Made by a program: the position numbers and the translations under genes
Notes under the pieces: model-generated
The model's input: only the letters and a program-made list of their open reading frames with translations
Database searches by the model: none
What the model was told of the DNA's origin: nothing
Assembly: GCA_963806185.1 (NCBI GenBank)
Contig: CAWDXE010000001.1
Location: forward strand, 384,001-448,000
Source of the DNA: an uncultured candidate division Zixibacteria bacterium
GTDB lineage: Bacteria > Zixibacteria > MSB-5A5 > GN15 > FEB-12
Direction of reading: 5' to 3'
DNA length: 64,000 nucleotides
Part shown: in pieces, positions 46,353-56,644 of the stretch
Position numbering within the stretch: position 1 is the stretch's first letter
Layout of the letters: the number at the start of each line of letters is the position of its first letter

Positions 46353-47675
46353 TCATAGACAGGGAGGCAAATCCATGTAGGTGAGGAATAGATGGAAGAT
46401 CAGTGCGGTAAGATCACCAATGTCCACCCCGCCAATGCCGTCACAGTTTGCTTCTCCCTCGCAACACAAGGGTTGAAAGGTGATAAACAGATTGTCAATG
46501 ATGGCAGTTAGATCACCGATGTCCACACCCGCGTAACAGTCAGCGTTACCCGTCATTCCCTCGCAACACGGGAGCAGATTGAACAGGACCGAGACACTGT
46601 TGCCATTCTGGTTGGCCGCCGCCATGTCCGGCATAATATCGTTGTTCAACCTGGCACAATAGACGGACATCGTCCCGCTGCCGGCGGCAAAATCCTCCTT
46701 GGCGGCAAAGGTCGCATTACCGTTGTTTTTGAACACCGACACACTGCTGCCGGTATAATTGGCCACGGCGATATCGATGTCTCCATCGATATCCAGGTCG
46801 GCGCAAAATACCGACGTCGGTGCGTTTCCGGTGGCATAATCCGTGCGCGCAGCGAACGATCCGTCACCGTTATTCTTGAATATCCCCAGCGTGCTCACTC
46901 CATAATTGGCCACCGCCAGATCAATATCGGTATCACCGTCAAAATCGGCGCCGTGGACTCCTCGCACGCCCGTGCCGCAGACATAGTCCACCTTCGCGGC
47001 GAACGTGCCATCTCCATTATTCTTGAGAATCGAGAGCGACGGACTGGAGCCGCTGCAGGCTATCGCCAGGTCGATATCGGTATCGCCGTCAAGGTTGGCG
47101 CAGTACACCACCCGTGGCGCACCGGCGGTTGCGTAATCGGACTTGGCCGCAAACGTCCCGTCACCGTTGTTCTTGAGGATAGATACAGTCGACGCCGAGT
47201 AGTTGGTTACTACAATGTCGATATCGGCATCGCCGTCAACATTGGCACAGACTACCGACCGAGCCCCGCCGCCACCGCCATAGTCGACCTTCGCGACAAA
47301 GGTCCCGTCGCCGTTGTTCTTAAAGACTGATACCGTGTTGCTGGTCAGGTTGGCTGCCACAATATCCATATCGGTATCGCCGTCGACATCGGCACAGTAG
47401 ACCGAGGTCGGCAAGGTACCGGCAGGGTAATCGACCTTGGCGGCAAATAAACCGGTACCGCCGTTCTTGAATACCGAGATACTGACACCGGTATAATTGG
47501 CCGCCACCAGATCTCGATCGCCATCACCGTCGAGGTCGGCCGCAAAGACCGAATACGCACCGCTGCCGGTGGCATAATCTGTTTTCCCGCCGAATGACTG
47601 AGCCAATAATTGGCCGCTGCTTGTGAGTAGAGTGAGTAATGCAATAACCGGCAGTACTCTGATTCCTGTGGACAT
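46353..47675 (-). CDS. Secreted FG-GAP/VCBS repeat protein with C-terminal dockerin-like domain
   Basis: Seven A(D/N)xDGDxDxDI/L repeats of about 49 aa; C-terminal CC.G..GN.DC...VDIGDLT duplicated motif. Confidence 0.9.
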   Translation of the reverse strand: MSTGIRVLPVIALLTLLTSSGQLLAQSFGGKTDYATGSGAYSVFAADLDGDGDRDLVAANYTGVSISVFKNGGTGLFAAKVDYPAGTLPTSVYCADVDGDTDMDIVAANLTSNTVSVFKNNGDGTFVAKVDYGGGGGARSVVCANVDGDADIDIVVTNYSASTVSILKNNGDGTFAAKSDYATAGAPRVVYCANLDGDTDIDLAIACSGSSPSLSILKNNGDGTFAAKVDYVCGTGVRGVHGADFDGDTDIDLAVANYGVSTLGIFKNNGDGSFAARTDYATGNAPTSVFCADLDIDGDIDIAVANYTGSSVSVFKNNGNATFAAKEDFAAGSGTMSVYCARLNNDIMPDMAAANQNGNSVSVLFNLLPCCEGMTGNADCYAGVDIGDLTAIIDNLFITFQPLCCEGEANCDGIGGVDIGDLTALIFHLFLTYMDLPPCL

Positions 47676-48013
47676 CTATGACCCCCGGACTAAAGGTAGT
47701 AGATCTCACATCGATATGAGTAAGTATGCTCGATGAGCTCGGACGAAACGAGACCTGACCGACGGCATCACGCCGCGTGAGACAGCTTCCCTGCAGGACA
47801 TCCTGGATCTGTCCCGAACCCGATCTCAGTCGTACCATAAATATAGGCAGCGCGGGCCATTTTGTCAATGAGATCAATCCGGCTGGCGACGGGACAAACT
47901 CGTGTCCAGCAGTTGGGTATGCGGCCTGATCCGCTTTGGTGATCAATCCAAAACCTTGACTTTACCCGCTGGGTAGCTACCATTGCCTGCATAACGACAA
48001 GGGGAACCGGGTC

Positions 48014-48883
48014 ATGGCAATTGATAAGGATGAAAAGCACATTGTACTCGTGTCCGACGGTACCGGCGGCACCGCCCAGCGCCTGACAGATGCGGCCCTG
48101 GCGCAATACGACGGCTCAGGCGTACAGTACAAAGTGAGTCACGTTTATGCACAGGTCCGTACGCGGCTGCAGGCGGACAACATACTCAAGCATCTCGATA
48201 GCTCCTGCATGGTCATCTTTACGATCGTTGAGGAGGGCGTGCAGGCATACTTTCATCAGCAGCTCGAGGCACGGGGAATTCTGCACTACAACGTCATGGC
48301 CTGGGTGCTCCGCAAATTCACCCAGTTCCTCGGGGTCGACCCGCACTACCGGCCGGGGATGGCGTTGAAGATGGACGATGCGTATATGCACTGGGTCCAG
48401 GGAATTGATTTCACTCGCGAACACGACGACGGTTGCGGTAACCGCCTGAGTCAGGCAGAACTGGTCCTGGTTGGACCTTCACGGTGCGGCAAGACTCCGC
48501 TTTCCATGTACATCGGAAGCCTTTACGGCGTATGGGTGGCCAATATTCCCATAATCCCGGATAAGCAGTCGACCCGCAACTTGTTGGAGCGGCTCGAGCC
48601 GGTCGATCCGAAGAGAATCGTGGCGCTCGACATTCTGCCGGAAGAATTGCACTGGCATCGCACCGAGCGCGCCGAACGGCTTGGCCGCAAGGCGGGACCG
48701 ACCGCGCTCACCGAGTACAGCGACCCTGCCTCAATTCGGCAGGAGGTCTTTTACTGTCGGCGCCTGTATGAGCAGCAGAAATGGCATGTCGTCGACACTA
48801 CGCGTCGCGTGGCTGAGGAAATCGCCGAGCAGATTCTCACCACCATAGGACATCCCGATACTCTGTCCTTCCACCGAACTTGA
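48014..48883 (+). CDS. PEP synthase/PPDK regulatory protein (kinase-pyrophosphorylase family)
   Basis: VSDGTGGTA, IDF...HDDG, GPSRCGKTPLSMY, VANIP, DTT...EEIA. Confidence 0.85.
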   Translation: MAIDKDEKHIVLVSDGTGGTAQRLTDAALAQYDGSGVQYKVSHVYAQVRTRLQADNILKHLDSSCMVIFTIVEEGVQAYFHQQLEARGILHYNVMAWVLRKFTQFLGVDPHYRPGMALKMDDAYMHWVQGIDFTREHDDGCGNRLSQAELVLVGPSRCGKTPLSMYIGSLYGVWVANIPIIPDKQSTRNLLERLEPVDPKRIVALDILPEELHWHRTERAERLGRKAGPTALTEYSDPASIRQEVFYCRRLYEQQKWHVVDTTRRVAEEIAEQILTTIGHPDTLSFHRT

Positions 48884-48906
48884 GTAATTCGGTCGACCCG
48901 CTGGGG

Positions 48907-48945
48907 GAAAAAAGAACGACCCGGCCAGTCACCCGGCCGGGTCGT
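48907..48945 (-). terminator. Terminator between convergent genes
   Basis: ACGACCCGGCC...GGCCGGGTCGT with an A-tract on the left. Confidence 0.78.
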
Positions 48946-48966
48946 CTGTACACTCCGATCCATCTA

Positions 48967-51087
48967 CTATGGACAGGACGGGAGCGGAGTGAAGCTCAAA
49001 AAGAGATTGTCAATCAGCGCCGTCAAATCCCCTATATCGACCCCACCGATACCATCACAATTCGCTTCCGCCACACAACAGAGCGGCGTAAACGATACGA
49101 AAAGATTGTCAATCAGCGTGGTCAAGTCGCCGATATCGACGCTATTCGCAGGATCGCAGTCGACATTGCCGGTCGTGCCGACACAGCAACCGCCCGTCCC
49201 TCCCGTAATGACGAACGAAAGGTCAAGTGACGTAGTAAACACCGGCGGCTCGTGTAAGTCAATCCACGGGTTCAACAGGACAATTGGTCCCCCTTGCCGA
49301 ATTCGGGCCGTCCCGGTTGTGGATCCCGATCTTCCCGCGAACGGACCCGTCGACGCTCCCACAAAATCGATGCGATAGGTGATATCAAAGAAGCTCTGAA
49401 CATTCCACTGGGCACCCGCTTGGGTGAGGGTCGTGTTCCCCGGGCTGGGCATGCCAAATCCGGTTCCTGCGGTAATGCGCAACAAATCAAAATCAGGATC
49501 ACCGGTAATCTGTCCCTGCGTGAAGATTAAGTCGGTCGCAAACGACTGCGGCGACGTGAACGGTGCACGCGGCGCCGTGTGGATCATGTTATTGGGTAGT
49601 AACATGTTTACCGTGCGCGTGTAACCAAAGTAGGCTCCTGTACCATTCATCTTGAGCTGCAATTGCGCAAAGAATTGAGATTGCGTGCCCCCCAATCCCC
49701 CGCCCGGCGTTTCCACTACGCCGCCGATCGAGTGAATCTCCGACGTAAATTCGACCGTACTTAGCGGTGGTAACCCGTCGATCATGTACATCAAGTCATT
49801 GTTGTCAAACGGACAGATAGCCGGTTGTGTGGCTGTCCCAAAACCGTTGTCGGGAGCAACGCAGGTCCCGGCAGGTGGCAATGGCCGGTAGACGCCGTCA
49901 TCATTGTAGTGGTCAAGCGTCGATTTCCATCCCCACCGACGCCCGGCCGTCGTGTCGGCCAGTTCCGCTGAGATGCTCAGCCAATAGACAGTGCCAACCG
50001 TCTGCGAAAACCACTTCACCGGCTCCAAAAGAACATCATACTGCCAGTATTCGTTGTGATCAGACATGAGGTAACCCGGTGCGAACGGATCATACCACCC
50101 TTCAAACACGCCGGGCGTGAGCGGAGTCATCACATACTCCTCGACCGTGTCGGCCCAGAGCAGGGTTCCCGGATGGCTGTACGGCAAATCGACGCCGGCC
50201 GGCACATCTGAGTAGATCTCAAGATAGAACCGCTTGATCGGCTCGCGTTGTCCGTTGAGAAACGATCCCCAGAAGTGCAGATCTTTGACCGGTCCGGTCT
50301 CCGAGCTGGTCCAGTCGTCGGCCAGCCGATGGGGCCACGTCGCGAGCACGTCCCACCCTTTCTCATCCGGGTGTTGCGGGAAATGCATCTTGTGAGCATC
50401 GCCCGGTCTCCATCGAGGACATCCCTGGTACAGTCTGATTTGATCGGTCGTCGAACCGGACATGCCGGCCAATGATCCGGCCGGCGCACCGATGAAATCG
50501 ATGCGGTAGGTGATGTCGAAGAAGCTCTCGACGGAATAGTCAAATCCGGATTGGGAGAATGTCGTATGGCCTGGGCTGGGCATACCGAAATCATCACCGG
50601 CGGTAATCCGCAGCAAGTCAAAATCAGGGTCACCCACAATTTGTCCTTGATGTTGTGCGAGGTAACCGTCAAACGGCTGAACTATCGCCAGCGGTGTTCG
50701 GGCTGCATTCTCAAACTTGAGCGTCACCGGAATCATGACAAATCGCGAGAAACCCGCGAGCACACCGGTACCGGTCATTTGCATAGCCAGCGTCGCGTTT
50801 GCGTTGACTGTCTCTCCCCCCATCGGGCCACCCGGAACGCTTATAACGCCGGTGAAGTTGCTCAGAGCTGCCTGGACCTCTATGGTGGTTCCGGCCGGCA
50901 GACCATCCACGATATGCATGGTGTTCCCACAGCACGGTTCATAAGGGCACAGTGCCGGGAAATCCGCTGTTCCCCCGCCATTCTCCGGTGCCGTGCATCC
51001 CGAACAGGGTACTGATGGCTGGCCCATCCCCCGCGTCGCCAATAACAAGATTACCCCCACTCCCGCCGCCCATCGCATCACTCTCAT
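48967..51087 (-). CDS. Secreted multidomain protein with a duplicated ~200-aa domain and C-terminal dockerin-like domain
   Basis: GGAGG RBS before ATG 51087, signal peptide; two copies of C.AP.NG.GTA..PA.CP...GDPDFDLLRITAG..FGMPSPG...SFFDITYRIDF flanking a KMHFPQ.PD..GWDV domain; dockerin-like tail. Confidence 0.85.
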   Translation of the reverse strand: MRVMRWAAGVGVILLLATRGMGQPSVPCSGCTAPENGGGTADFPALCPYEPCCGNTMHIVDGLPAGTTIEVQAALSNFTGVISVPGGPMGGETVNANATLAMQMTGTGVLAGFSRFVMIPVTLKFENAARTPLAIVQPFDGYLAQHQGQIVGDPDFDLLRITAGDDFGMPSPGHTTFSQSGFDYSVESFFDITYRIDFIGAPAGSLAGMSGSTTDQIRLYQGCPRWRPGDAHKMHFPQHPDEKGWDVLATWPHRLADDWTSSETGPVKDLHFWGSFLNGQREPIKRFYLEIYSDVPAGVDLPYSHPGTLLWADTVEEYVMTPLTPGVFEGWYDPFAPGYLMSDHNEYWQYDVLLEPVKWFSQTVGTVYWLSISAELADTTAGRRWGWKSTLDHYNDDGVYRPLPPAGTCVAPDNGFGTATQPAICPFDNNDLMYMIDGLPPLSTVEFTSEIHSIGGVVETPGGGLGGTQSQFFAQLQLKMNGTGAYFGYTRTVNMLLPNNMIHTAPRAPFTSPQSFATDLIFTQGQITGDPDFDLLRITAGTGFGMPSPGNTTLTQAGAQWNVQSFFDITYRIDFVGASTGPFAGRSGSTTGTARIRQGGPIVLLNPWIDLHEPPVFTTSLDLSFVITGGTGGCCVGTTGNVDCDPANSVDIGDLTTLIDNLFVSFTPLCCVAEANCDGIGGVDIGDLTALIDNLFLSFTPLPSCP

Positions 51088-51456
51088 ACTGCCTCCTGAC
51101 ATTGTTTGGCCCTCAAACGATTGCGCGCGCCGACCTAAGGCCGGAAACCAATGGAAACAGGCCGCCACGTTGAGACGTGGCGTCAGTCCATTTGCGATAT
51201 ATGATCAACACCTATTTCGAATTTAGAAGGAGGGCGAAGAAAATCCGCCGGTGATACAGTTACAATGTAAGCGAAAGCCTGCGCACGTCAAGGATAAAAT
51301 GGACCCGAATACATTGCGATGCCGCACGGCAACCGCATCCGATTGAGCGGCTTGGAGTAAACGTCCATAAACATTCGCAAAATTGAGCAGCCCCCCGGCG
51401 AGTTAGCTTCGTTGCACTTACGCCCCTGGAACGAGGGCTTGAGAGAACGCCGGCAA

Positions 51457-51485
51457 TAGAAAAGGCCGCACCGAAGTGCGGCCTC
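51457..51485 (-). terminator. Rho-independent terminator
   Basis: AGGCCGCAC-cgaa-GTGCGGCCT with an adjacent A-tract. Confidence 0.8.
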
Positions 51486-51512
51486 TGTGTCAGATTCAAT
51501 TGCGCGGCCCAA

Positions 51513-52922
51513 TCAGGGCGTGTATCTTTTCTTGAACTCCTCGGCCGCTTTCTTTCGCGCCGCCTTGACCTCTGCCGGCTCTTTGCCTGTGAACCACCTG
51601 TGGGCATCCATGTCGAGCATTTTCAATACGAGTTGTTCAACCTCTTCAGCCGCCGCTGCTCTGGCTCCTCCGGATGCCTTGGCCCGCTCGATCAATTCCC
51701 TGGTTTGGGGGATGAATTCCATGTAGAATCGCTGGGCCACCTCGAACATCCCGTGCCACTGCGTGTAGTCGGGAGCAAACATCGCCGTGCCCATGCGGGC
51801 GCGCCGACCCTCATGGTGCCACAGCAGGTAGTACGTCCACTCCAACTCCTCGTCGAAGTCGGTGTCCGCGGTAAGGAGTCCGGCCGCTCGCAGCTTGGTA
51901 TAAATGGCCGTGGCCGGTTGGGCGAACTTGTCGTTATACATGCCAACGAGACTGTCGTACTGCTGGTAGAAATTGTCGACATAGCTCGACGTATGGCAAT
52001 TGCTGCAGACCAACTTCATGTCGCCACGGCGAGCTTCCCACGACTTCACTTGTTTACCCGCTTTGATCGCGGCGGCATCGATCTTTTGCGACACTGCCGG
52101 CCGAAGTGTCCAGCTGATCCTCGCTCCCACGTCATGCGTCAACGGCAGGTCCTTGGTCGCGGACATATGACAGGTTGCGCAGGTGGGAGCGGCAGAATAA
52201 TCGATCCCCACCACCCACGACGCCGAGGACAGATTCATCCGATCGATGTTTGCATAGTAGGCGATCCCGTGTTTGGACTCCTCGTAAATCTCTTTCTGGG
52301 GATGATCAGGGCCGAGGTGGCATTTGCCGCAGTTCTCCGGCTGTCGCGCCAGCGCGGCGTCAAACGAGTGGCGACTATGGCAGGCGGCGCATGAGCCCCT
52401 GGACCCATCCGGATTGATCCGACCAATCCCCGTATTCGGCCATGTGGCGGGGTCGAGTGTCTTGTCATCATTGATCTTGATTTCCGAACCGTGGCATTGT
52501 TTGCAGCCGCTGATGGCAGCCATCGGACCTTCAACTACTTCGCCCAGCATGTTGTCGAGCGAACCGAGAATTGTCCCGGCTGCGGCATGGTGCGATGCCT
52601 CGAACTCATTGAACTCATTCACGTGGCACTTCGCACAATCCTTGGGCGATACGATCACCGAAATCGTGTACCCGTTGTGGTCGACGGCATCGAGATCCTT
52701 CGGGTCGGCGGCGTGGCATTCGTAACATCCGACATCCGCTCCGTAATGGCGGCTGTGCCGCCATTCTTTGACCAGTCCCGCCATGTCCGGTTCGTGGCAG
52801 GTGATGCAGGCCGTAGATTGTTCTGAAAGTGCTGTCGGCACCATCCTGTCCGCTCGGACAGACAGTGTCATGCAGAGAATCAACAGCCCAATTGACACGG
52901 ACCACTTACCGTCAAATCTCAT
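51513..52922 (-). CDS. Octaheme cytochrome c, hydroxylamine oxidoreductase family
   Basis: Signal peptide; eight CxxCH motifs; CH.GPDHPQ.EIY.ESKHG, APTCATCH, WHHEGRR, PDYTQWHG. Confidence 0.9.
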   Translation of the reverse strand: MRFDGKWSVSIGLLILCMTLSVRADRMVPTALSEQSTACITCHEPDMAGLVKEWRHSRHYGADVGCYECHAADPKDLDAVDHNGYTISVIVSPKDCAKCHVNEFNEFEASHHAAAGTILGSLDNMLGEVVEGPMAAISGCKQCHGSEIKINDDKTLDPATWPNTGIGRINPDGSRGSCAACHSRHSFDAALARQPENCGKCHLGPDHPQKEIYEESKHGIAYYANIDRMNLSSASWVVGIDYSAAPTCATCHMSATKDLPLTHDVGARISWTLRPAVSQKIDAAAIKAGKQVKSWEARRGDMKLVCSNCHTSSYVDNFYQQYDSLVGMYNDKFAQPATAIYTKLRAAGLLTADTDFDEELEWTYYLLWHHEGRRARMGTAMFAPDYTQWHGMFEVAQRFYMEFIPQTRELIERAKASGGARAAAAEEVEQLVLKMLDMDAHRWFTGKEPAEVKAARKKAAEEFKKRYTP

Positions 52923-53062
52923 GCGCGAATTCCTCCGTCATCCCGGTTTTGCAGTCTCGACCACCACTCATCAGCCGGCCGCATATCAATCACGTATTCC
53001 GTCGGCCGCGTTTGAGACCACCAGGCTCAAATCATGATCACAAAGGCGAACACAAGCAATGT

Positions 53063-53098
53063 AAAAAAGGCCACCCCTTCCGCTGAGTGAAGTGGCCC
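53063..53098 (-). terminator. Rho-independent terminator
   Basis: GGCCAC...GTGGCC stem followed by TTTTTT on the minus strand. Confidence 0.6.
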
Positions 53099-53319
53099 GG
53101 GAGACCGCGTTCATCGGTCGACGGTTGATATTCGTTTGTGTTGCAGGGAAAACGCTCCGGCGGTGGCCGGTAGGAAAACATCCACATTCGACCATCTGGG
53201 TTCTATCCCTCCCCAAACAGCGCCGAGCCGGAAACTATGGCACGACAGGAATCACTAACGGAACATTATCGATTTCGATAACCCCATTGGCAAGTCACGA
53301 CTGTAATGTGGCGTCCATG

Positions 53320-53433
53320 TCATTCAACCTTCTTCGGTTGTTTATCCTTCCGGACCTGCTCCTCGTGATCGTGCTTGCTCTTCTTCTGCTTCTGCGTCTT
53401 TTCCTTATCTTTCTTTCCACCTTTATCACCCAT
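53320..53433 (-). CDS. Small Lys-rich protein MGDKGGKKDKEK... (37 aa)
   Basis: AAGGAG RBS; translation MGDKGGKKDKEKTQKQKKSKHDHEEQVRKDKQPKKVE; too short to appear in the ORF track. Confidence 0.7.
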   Translation of the reverse strand: MGDKGGKKDKEKTQKQKKSKHDHEEQVRKDKQPKKVE

Positions 53434-53619
53434 AGCCAGACTCCTTTTGTCGTGGTGTTTAAGGTCGTGTCACTATCAAACCGAATTTACGCATCGCACA
53501 GCGGCCTGTCCGCACGAGGCCGGTGACCTGAGATATGATTCGGCAAAAGTCTTTCCGCCCGGATGTCAACCGGACTCTTGGCCGTCGCGAACTCGCACGA
53601 TGACCTCCACGACGCTCCA

Positions 53620-55179
53620 CTACGCCAGTTTCTGCATGGCCGTCTTGGGCAGGGCATTTTCTGTCGCCCACAGGTATGCGTTCGGGTCGTGGCGAATCGC
53701 TCCTTCGGGCAGCCAGTTCCAGAACTCACCCAGATCGCGCCGGATTCTTTGGACAAAATACTGCGGTATCTCCAGCGTTTCCTGCTCGAAGAATCGTCGA
53801 AATGAACGGTCGCTTTCGAATCGGTTCCGCATCTCCGTATAGTGGGCGATTCGACTGAACCGCTCCGATGATAGTCCCCGTACGACATTCAGCAATCTGG
53901 GAATCGTCTCGCCGTTGGCCACGAACCGCCGGGCAATCATGCCTGAGGAAAACGAGTGCCTGGTTACGTCGATAAGGTGATCGTAAAACTCCGGCCACGT
54001 GTAGTGCTTCGGTTTGATGTTCATCTGCGCATTGGTGAGGAACGAAAACGGAACCGGCAGCACCCGGTTCAGACGCTGGAAAGCCAGATTCTGCGGTGCC
54101 GCCTGTCCGAAAGCCGAGAGAACGGAATACGCCGGAAAAGCGCCTGGCGTGAGATCCAGAAACCGCTTGGTGAGCGCAAACGGCTCCTGTCCTTCATCGC
54201 TGTCCAGTCCGAAAATGTGATTGGTCTGCACATACGGAATGTGGCGAAGAATCATGCGGACCTGTTCCGATACCCTCCGCACCTTTTCCATCCCGGTCGC
54301 TTCTCCCGTCCTCGATTTCTTGCCCATCTCGTACCACGATTCAATTCCGGGCAGCAGAGCTTTGAAACCGTTGCGCTTAAGTCGCCGCACGCGCGGCTCA
54401 GACAAGAGCGAGAGCGTCGACTCGGCAATGAAGTCGATTCGTCCCGGCGGCACCACTTCCTCGATGGCGTCCATGCATTGATCGAACCGGACGCCGAAAT
54501 TTGGATCGTGCCACGCTACTCGCGGGTGTTTCAGCTTCGTGAGGAGAAAACGAAGATCCGCCTTCATCTGCTCCATGTCCATCGGTTGAAATGGTACCGA
54601 CGAGTCGATACAAAAATCGCACGAATACGGACACCCGAGACTGCTCAGGAGCGGAACGATCTTTATGAAGGGGGCCTTGCGCAGAGTCTGCTCGATGAAT
54701 TTCCACCGCTCGCCCACGCCGGGCAGTTTAACCGGATGGTGATCGGCCGATAGGTGTATCCCCAGCGGTCGGTGTGATGAGCAATCCCGAAGCACGTCGT
54801 GAACCAACGCCTGATCGGTGAATCCGAGCACATAATCAAAGTACTTCAATGCATCCTGCGGGTAACACCGTGCGTGCGGCCCACCCAGCGCGGTGACGGC
54901 GCCGCGCGACCGAAACAGATTGCTCAACGCATAGGATAAAAGGGCTGCTTCAGTGAATGAACTGATGAAGACGAGATCAACTCCCGCCGGCAATTCCTCC
55001 AGGAGATTCTCCCGCCCCGTGTAAGTCACCAGAGTGACGTCGTGCCCTTGCTCCTCGCACCATGCCGCCACAACCTGCGGCATGATACTGACAAAATTCG
55101 CTCCCATCACCCGCATCCACATTGTTCGCGTGGGTGCTTTTGCCACGAGATCGATGATACCGATCGAAAGTTTCCGCAA
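53620..55179 (-). CDS. B12-binding-domain radical SAM protein
   Basis: GGPHA cobalamin-binding motif, SLGCPYSCDFC, DPNF, PGIESW, IFGLD; TTG start after GGAGG. Confidence 0.87.
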   Translation of the reverse strand: MRKLSIGIIDLVAKAPTRTMWMRVMGANFVSIMPQVVAAWCEEQGHDVTLVTYTGRENLLEELPAGVDLVFISSFTEAALLSYALSNLFRSRGAVTALGGPHARCYPQDALKYFDYVLGFTDQALVHDVLRDCSSHRPLGIHLSADHHPVKLPGVGERWKFIEQTLRKAPFIKIVPLLSSLGCPYSCDFCIDSSVPFQPMDMEQMKADLRFLLTKLKHPRVAWHDPNFGVRFDQCMDAIEEVVPPGRIDFIAESTLSLLSEPRVRRLKRNGFKALLPGIESWYEMGKKSRTGEATGMEKVRRVSEQVRMILRHIPYVQTNHIFGLDSDEGQEPFALTKRFLDLTPGAFPAYSVLSAFGQAAPQNLAFQRLNRVLPVPFSFLTNAQMNIKPKHYTWPEFYDHLIDVTRHSFSSGMIARRFVANGETIPRLLNVVRGLSSERFSRIAHYTEMRNRFESDRSFRRFFEQETLEIPQYFVQRIRRDLGEFWNWLPEGAIRHDPNAYLWATENALPKTAMQKLA

Positions 55180-55200
55180 CCTGTGTCCTCCGATGTGCTG

Positions 55201-55806
55201 TTATGATATTGAGGCGCTGCCCTTGGCCGTGCCTACGATGCGATCTTCGAGCTCAATCATGTACCGCGGAATTGATTGCCGGTACCTGGACAGGGCCGAC
55301 CTGACCGTGTCCTGACTGGCGTCGGTGATGAAGGCAATTTCGTCATACGAGAATTGCTCTCGAAACCTGAGCAACATGATCAACCGTGACTGCGCTCTGA
55401 GCCGTGCTATGGCACCTCTGAACACGACGCCCGGAATCTCGTACAGCAACGACAGTCCTCGGCTATCGATCGGACTAAGATGAGATGGCCCGAGGCTGTC
55501 CCCTGGCCCGCCGGCCATTGCGCGGGACTGCGCGCGCAACCGTACGGGCTTGCGCTTTCGACTCCTGGAATCGCGAAATGTCCTTACCAGAACTCTGAAC
55601 AGCCGCACTTTGCTGTCGACTGCACCATCGGTGCGGTCCCACGAATGGTAGGCGGTAATCACCGCCTTGAAAACGAGGTACTCGGCGCGACTCCAGCGCT
55701 TGGTGAGCCAGAGAGCCATCCATAAGAGCGCGTCGATGTGAGGGAAAGCGGCTTCCTCGAATTTATTCCGTCGAGTCGCTATGGCAGTCATCATGGGTGA
55801 ACTCAT
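55201..55806 (-). CDS. ECF sigma-factor-like protein (degenerate)
   Basis: FE..A.PHIDAL...A..LT....AE.LV region-2-like start; L....R....L....FSYDEIA.......TVRS.LSR.R region 4. Confidence 0.7.
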   Translation of the reverse strand: MSSPMMTAIATRRNKFEEAAFPHIDALLWMALWLTKRWSRAEYLVFKAVITAYHSWDRTDGAVDSKVRLFRVLVRTFRDSRSRKRKPVRLRAQSRAMAGGPGDSLGPSHLSPIDSRGLSLLYEIPGVVFRGAIARLRAQSRLIMLLRFREQFSYDEIAFITDASQDTVRSALSRYRQSIPRYMIELEDRIVGTAKGSASIS

Positions 55807-56164
55807 CGCCTTCTTCTGGGGGGCCTCTCATATCCTGCGGCCATTTTTTGTGTGCGACATAGACTGACGCTAACCCGATTTCGCCTGTAAGCGAATCCAT
55901 CCGTTAGGGCTGCTAATCGTCTTTGTGGATTCAAAATACCCGGAATAAATGACCGATCAATGGGCCGAAGGATTGAAAAGAGAACTAGTCCTTTGGATTG
56001 ATACCCCACCGCCGCGAAGGATCGGGCATAATGCCGAAAGATGATAAGGCGTTGACCACCAACCACCAAGTGCATGCGCAGTCAACACTTCACGTCCTCT
56101 TCCCAGTGATGCCGGTAGAACTGTCTCAAGCTTTGCGAAGATAAAGCTGGGCGTTTGACCGTTT

Positions 56165-56190
56165 TGGTCGTATATATACATATACGACCA
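56165..56190. promoter_or_regulatory. Perfect 11-bp inverted repeat in a divergent intergenic region
   Basis: TGGTCGTATAT-atac-ATATACGACCA. Confidence 0.5.
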
Positions 56191-56343
56191 CCGAATCGAT
56201 CATTTCTCAAGCCTTGCTCTAACCCATCAATCCTTGTCAAATCTTTGATCGGGTGTCGTACGCGCATTGGCGCGATCGCAAAACTCCGACGGGACCCACG
56301 TCAGAGTCTTTTGCGAGTTCCTGCAATGAAAGGAAGATGCCAC

Positions 56344-56577
56344 GTGAATATCTATGTAAGCAACGTTTCCCCGGCGACCTCACTGTCGGATCTCCGGGGC
56401 TGCTTCGAAATCTACGGTGAAGTGACCAAAGCCACCATCAGCACGTACAAGGTCGAGGGCAAACCGCGACGCATGGGAACAATCCAAATGCCCTTCAACC
56501 ATCACGGCCTCGCCGCCGTTGCCGCCCTCCATGGCCGGGAATTGGACGGCGCTATGATTACGGTACGCGAAGAGTGA
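56344..56577 (+). CDS. RRM-domain RNA-binding protein (divergent)
   Basis: NIYVSNV (RNP2), F..YGEV, A..ALHG.ELDG..I.V.E; RNP1 eroded to RMGTIQM. Confidence 0.78.
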   Translation: MNIYVSNVSPATSLSDLRGCFEIYGEVTKATISTYKVEGKPRRMGTIQMPFNHHGLAAVAALHGRELDGAMITVREE

Positions 56578-56644
56578 CGCGACTCATTCGCAGGGTGACG
56601 ATGTCGCAGGTTCCTGCGGCCGGTCGTACCCGGAGAGGCAACTG

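Noticed and set aside
46600..47600. Periodic DNA repeats suggesting a CRISPR or tandem array
   Set aside because: They are coding FG-GAP repeats; no identical repeats with unique spacers and no cas genes.
53092..53526. 144-aa plus-strand ORF with a hydrophobic stretch
   Set aside because: The hydrophobic run is the antisense of the Lys-rich microprotein, which has the RBS.
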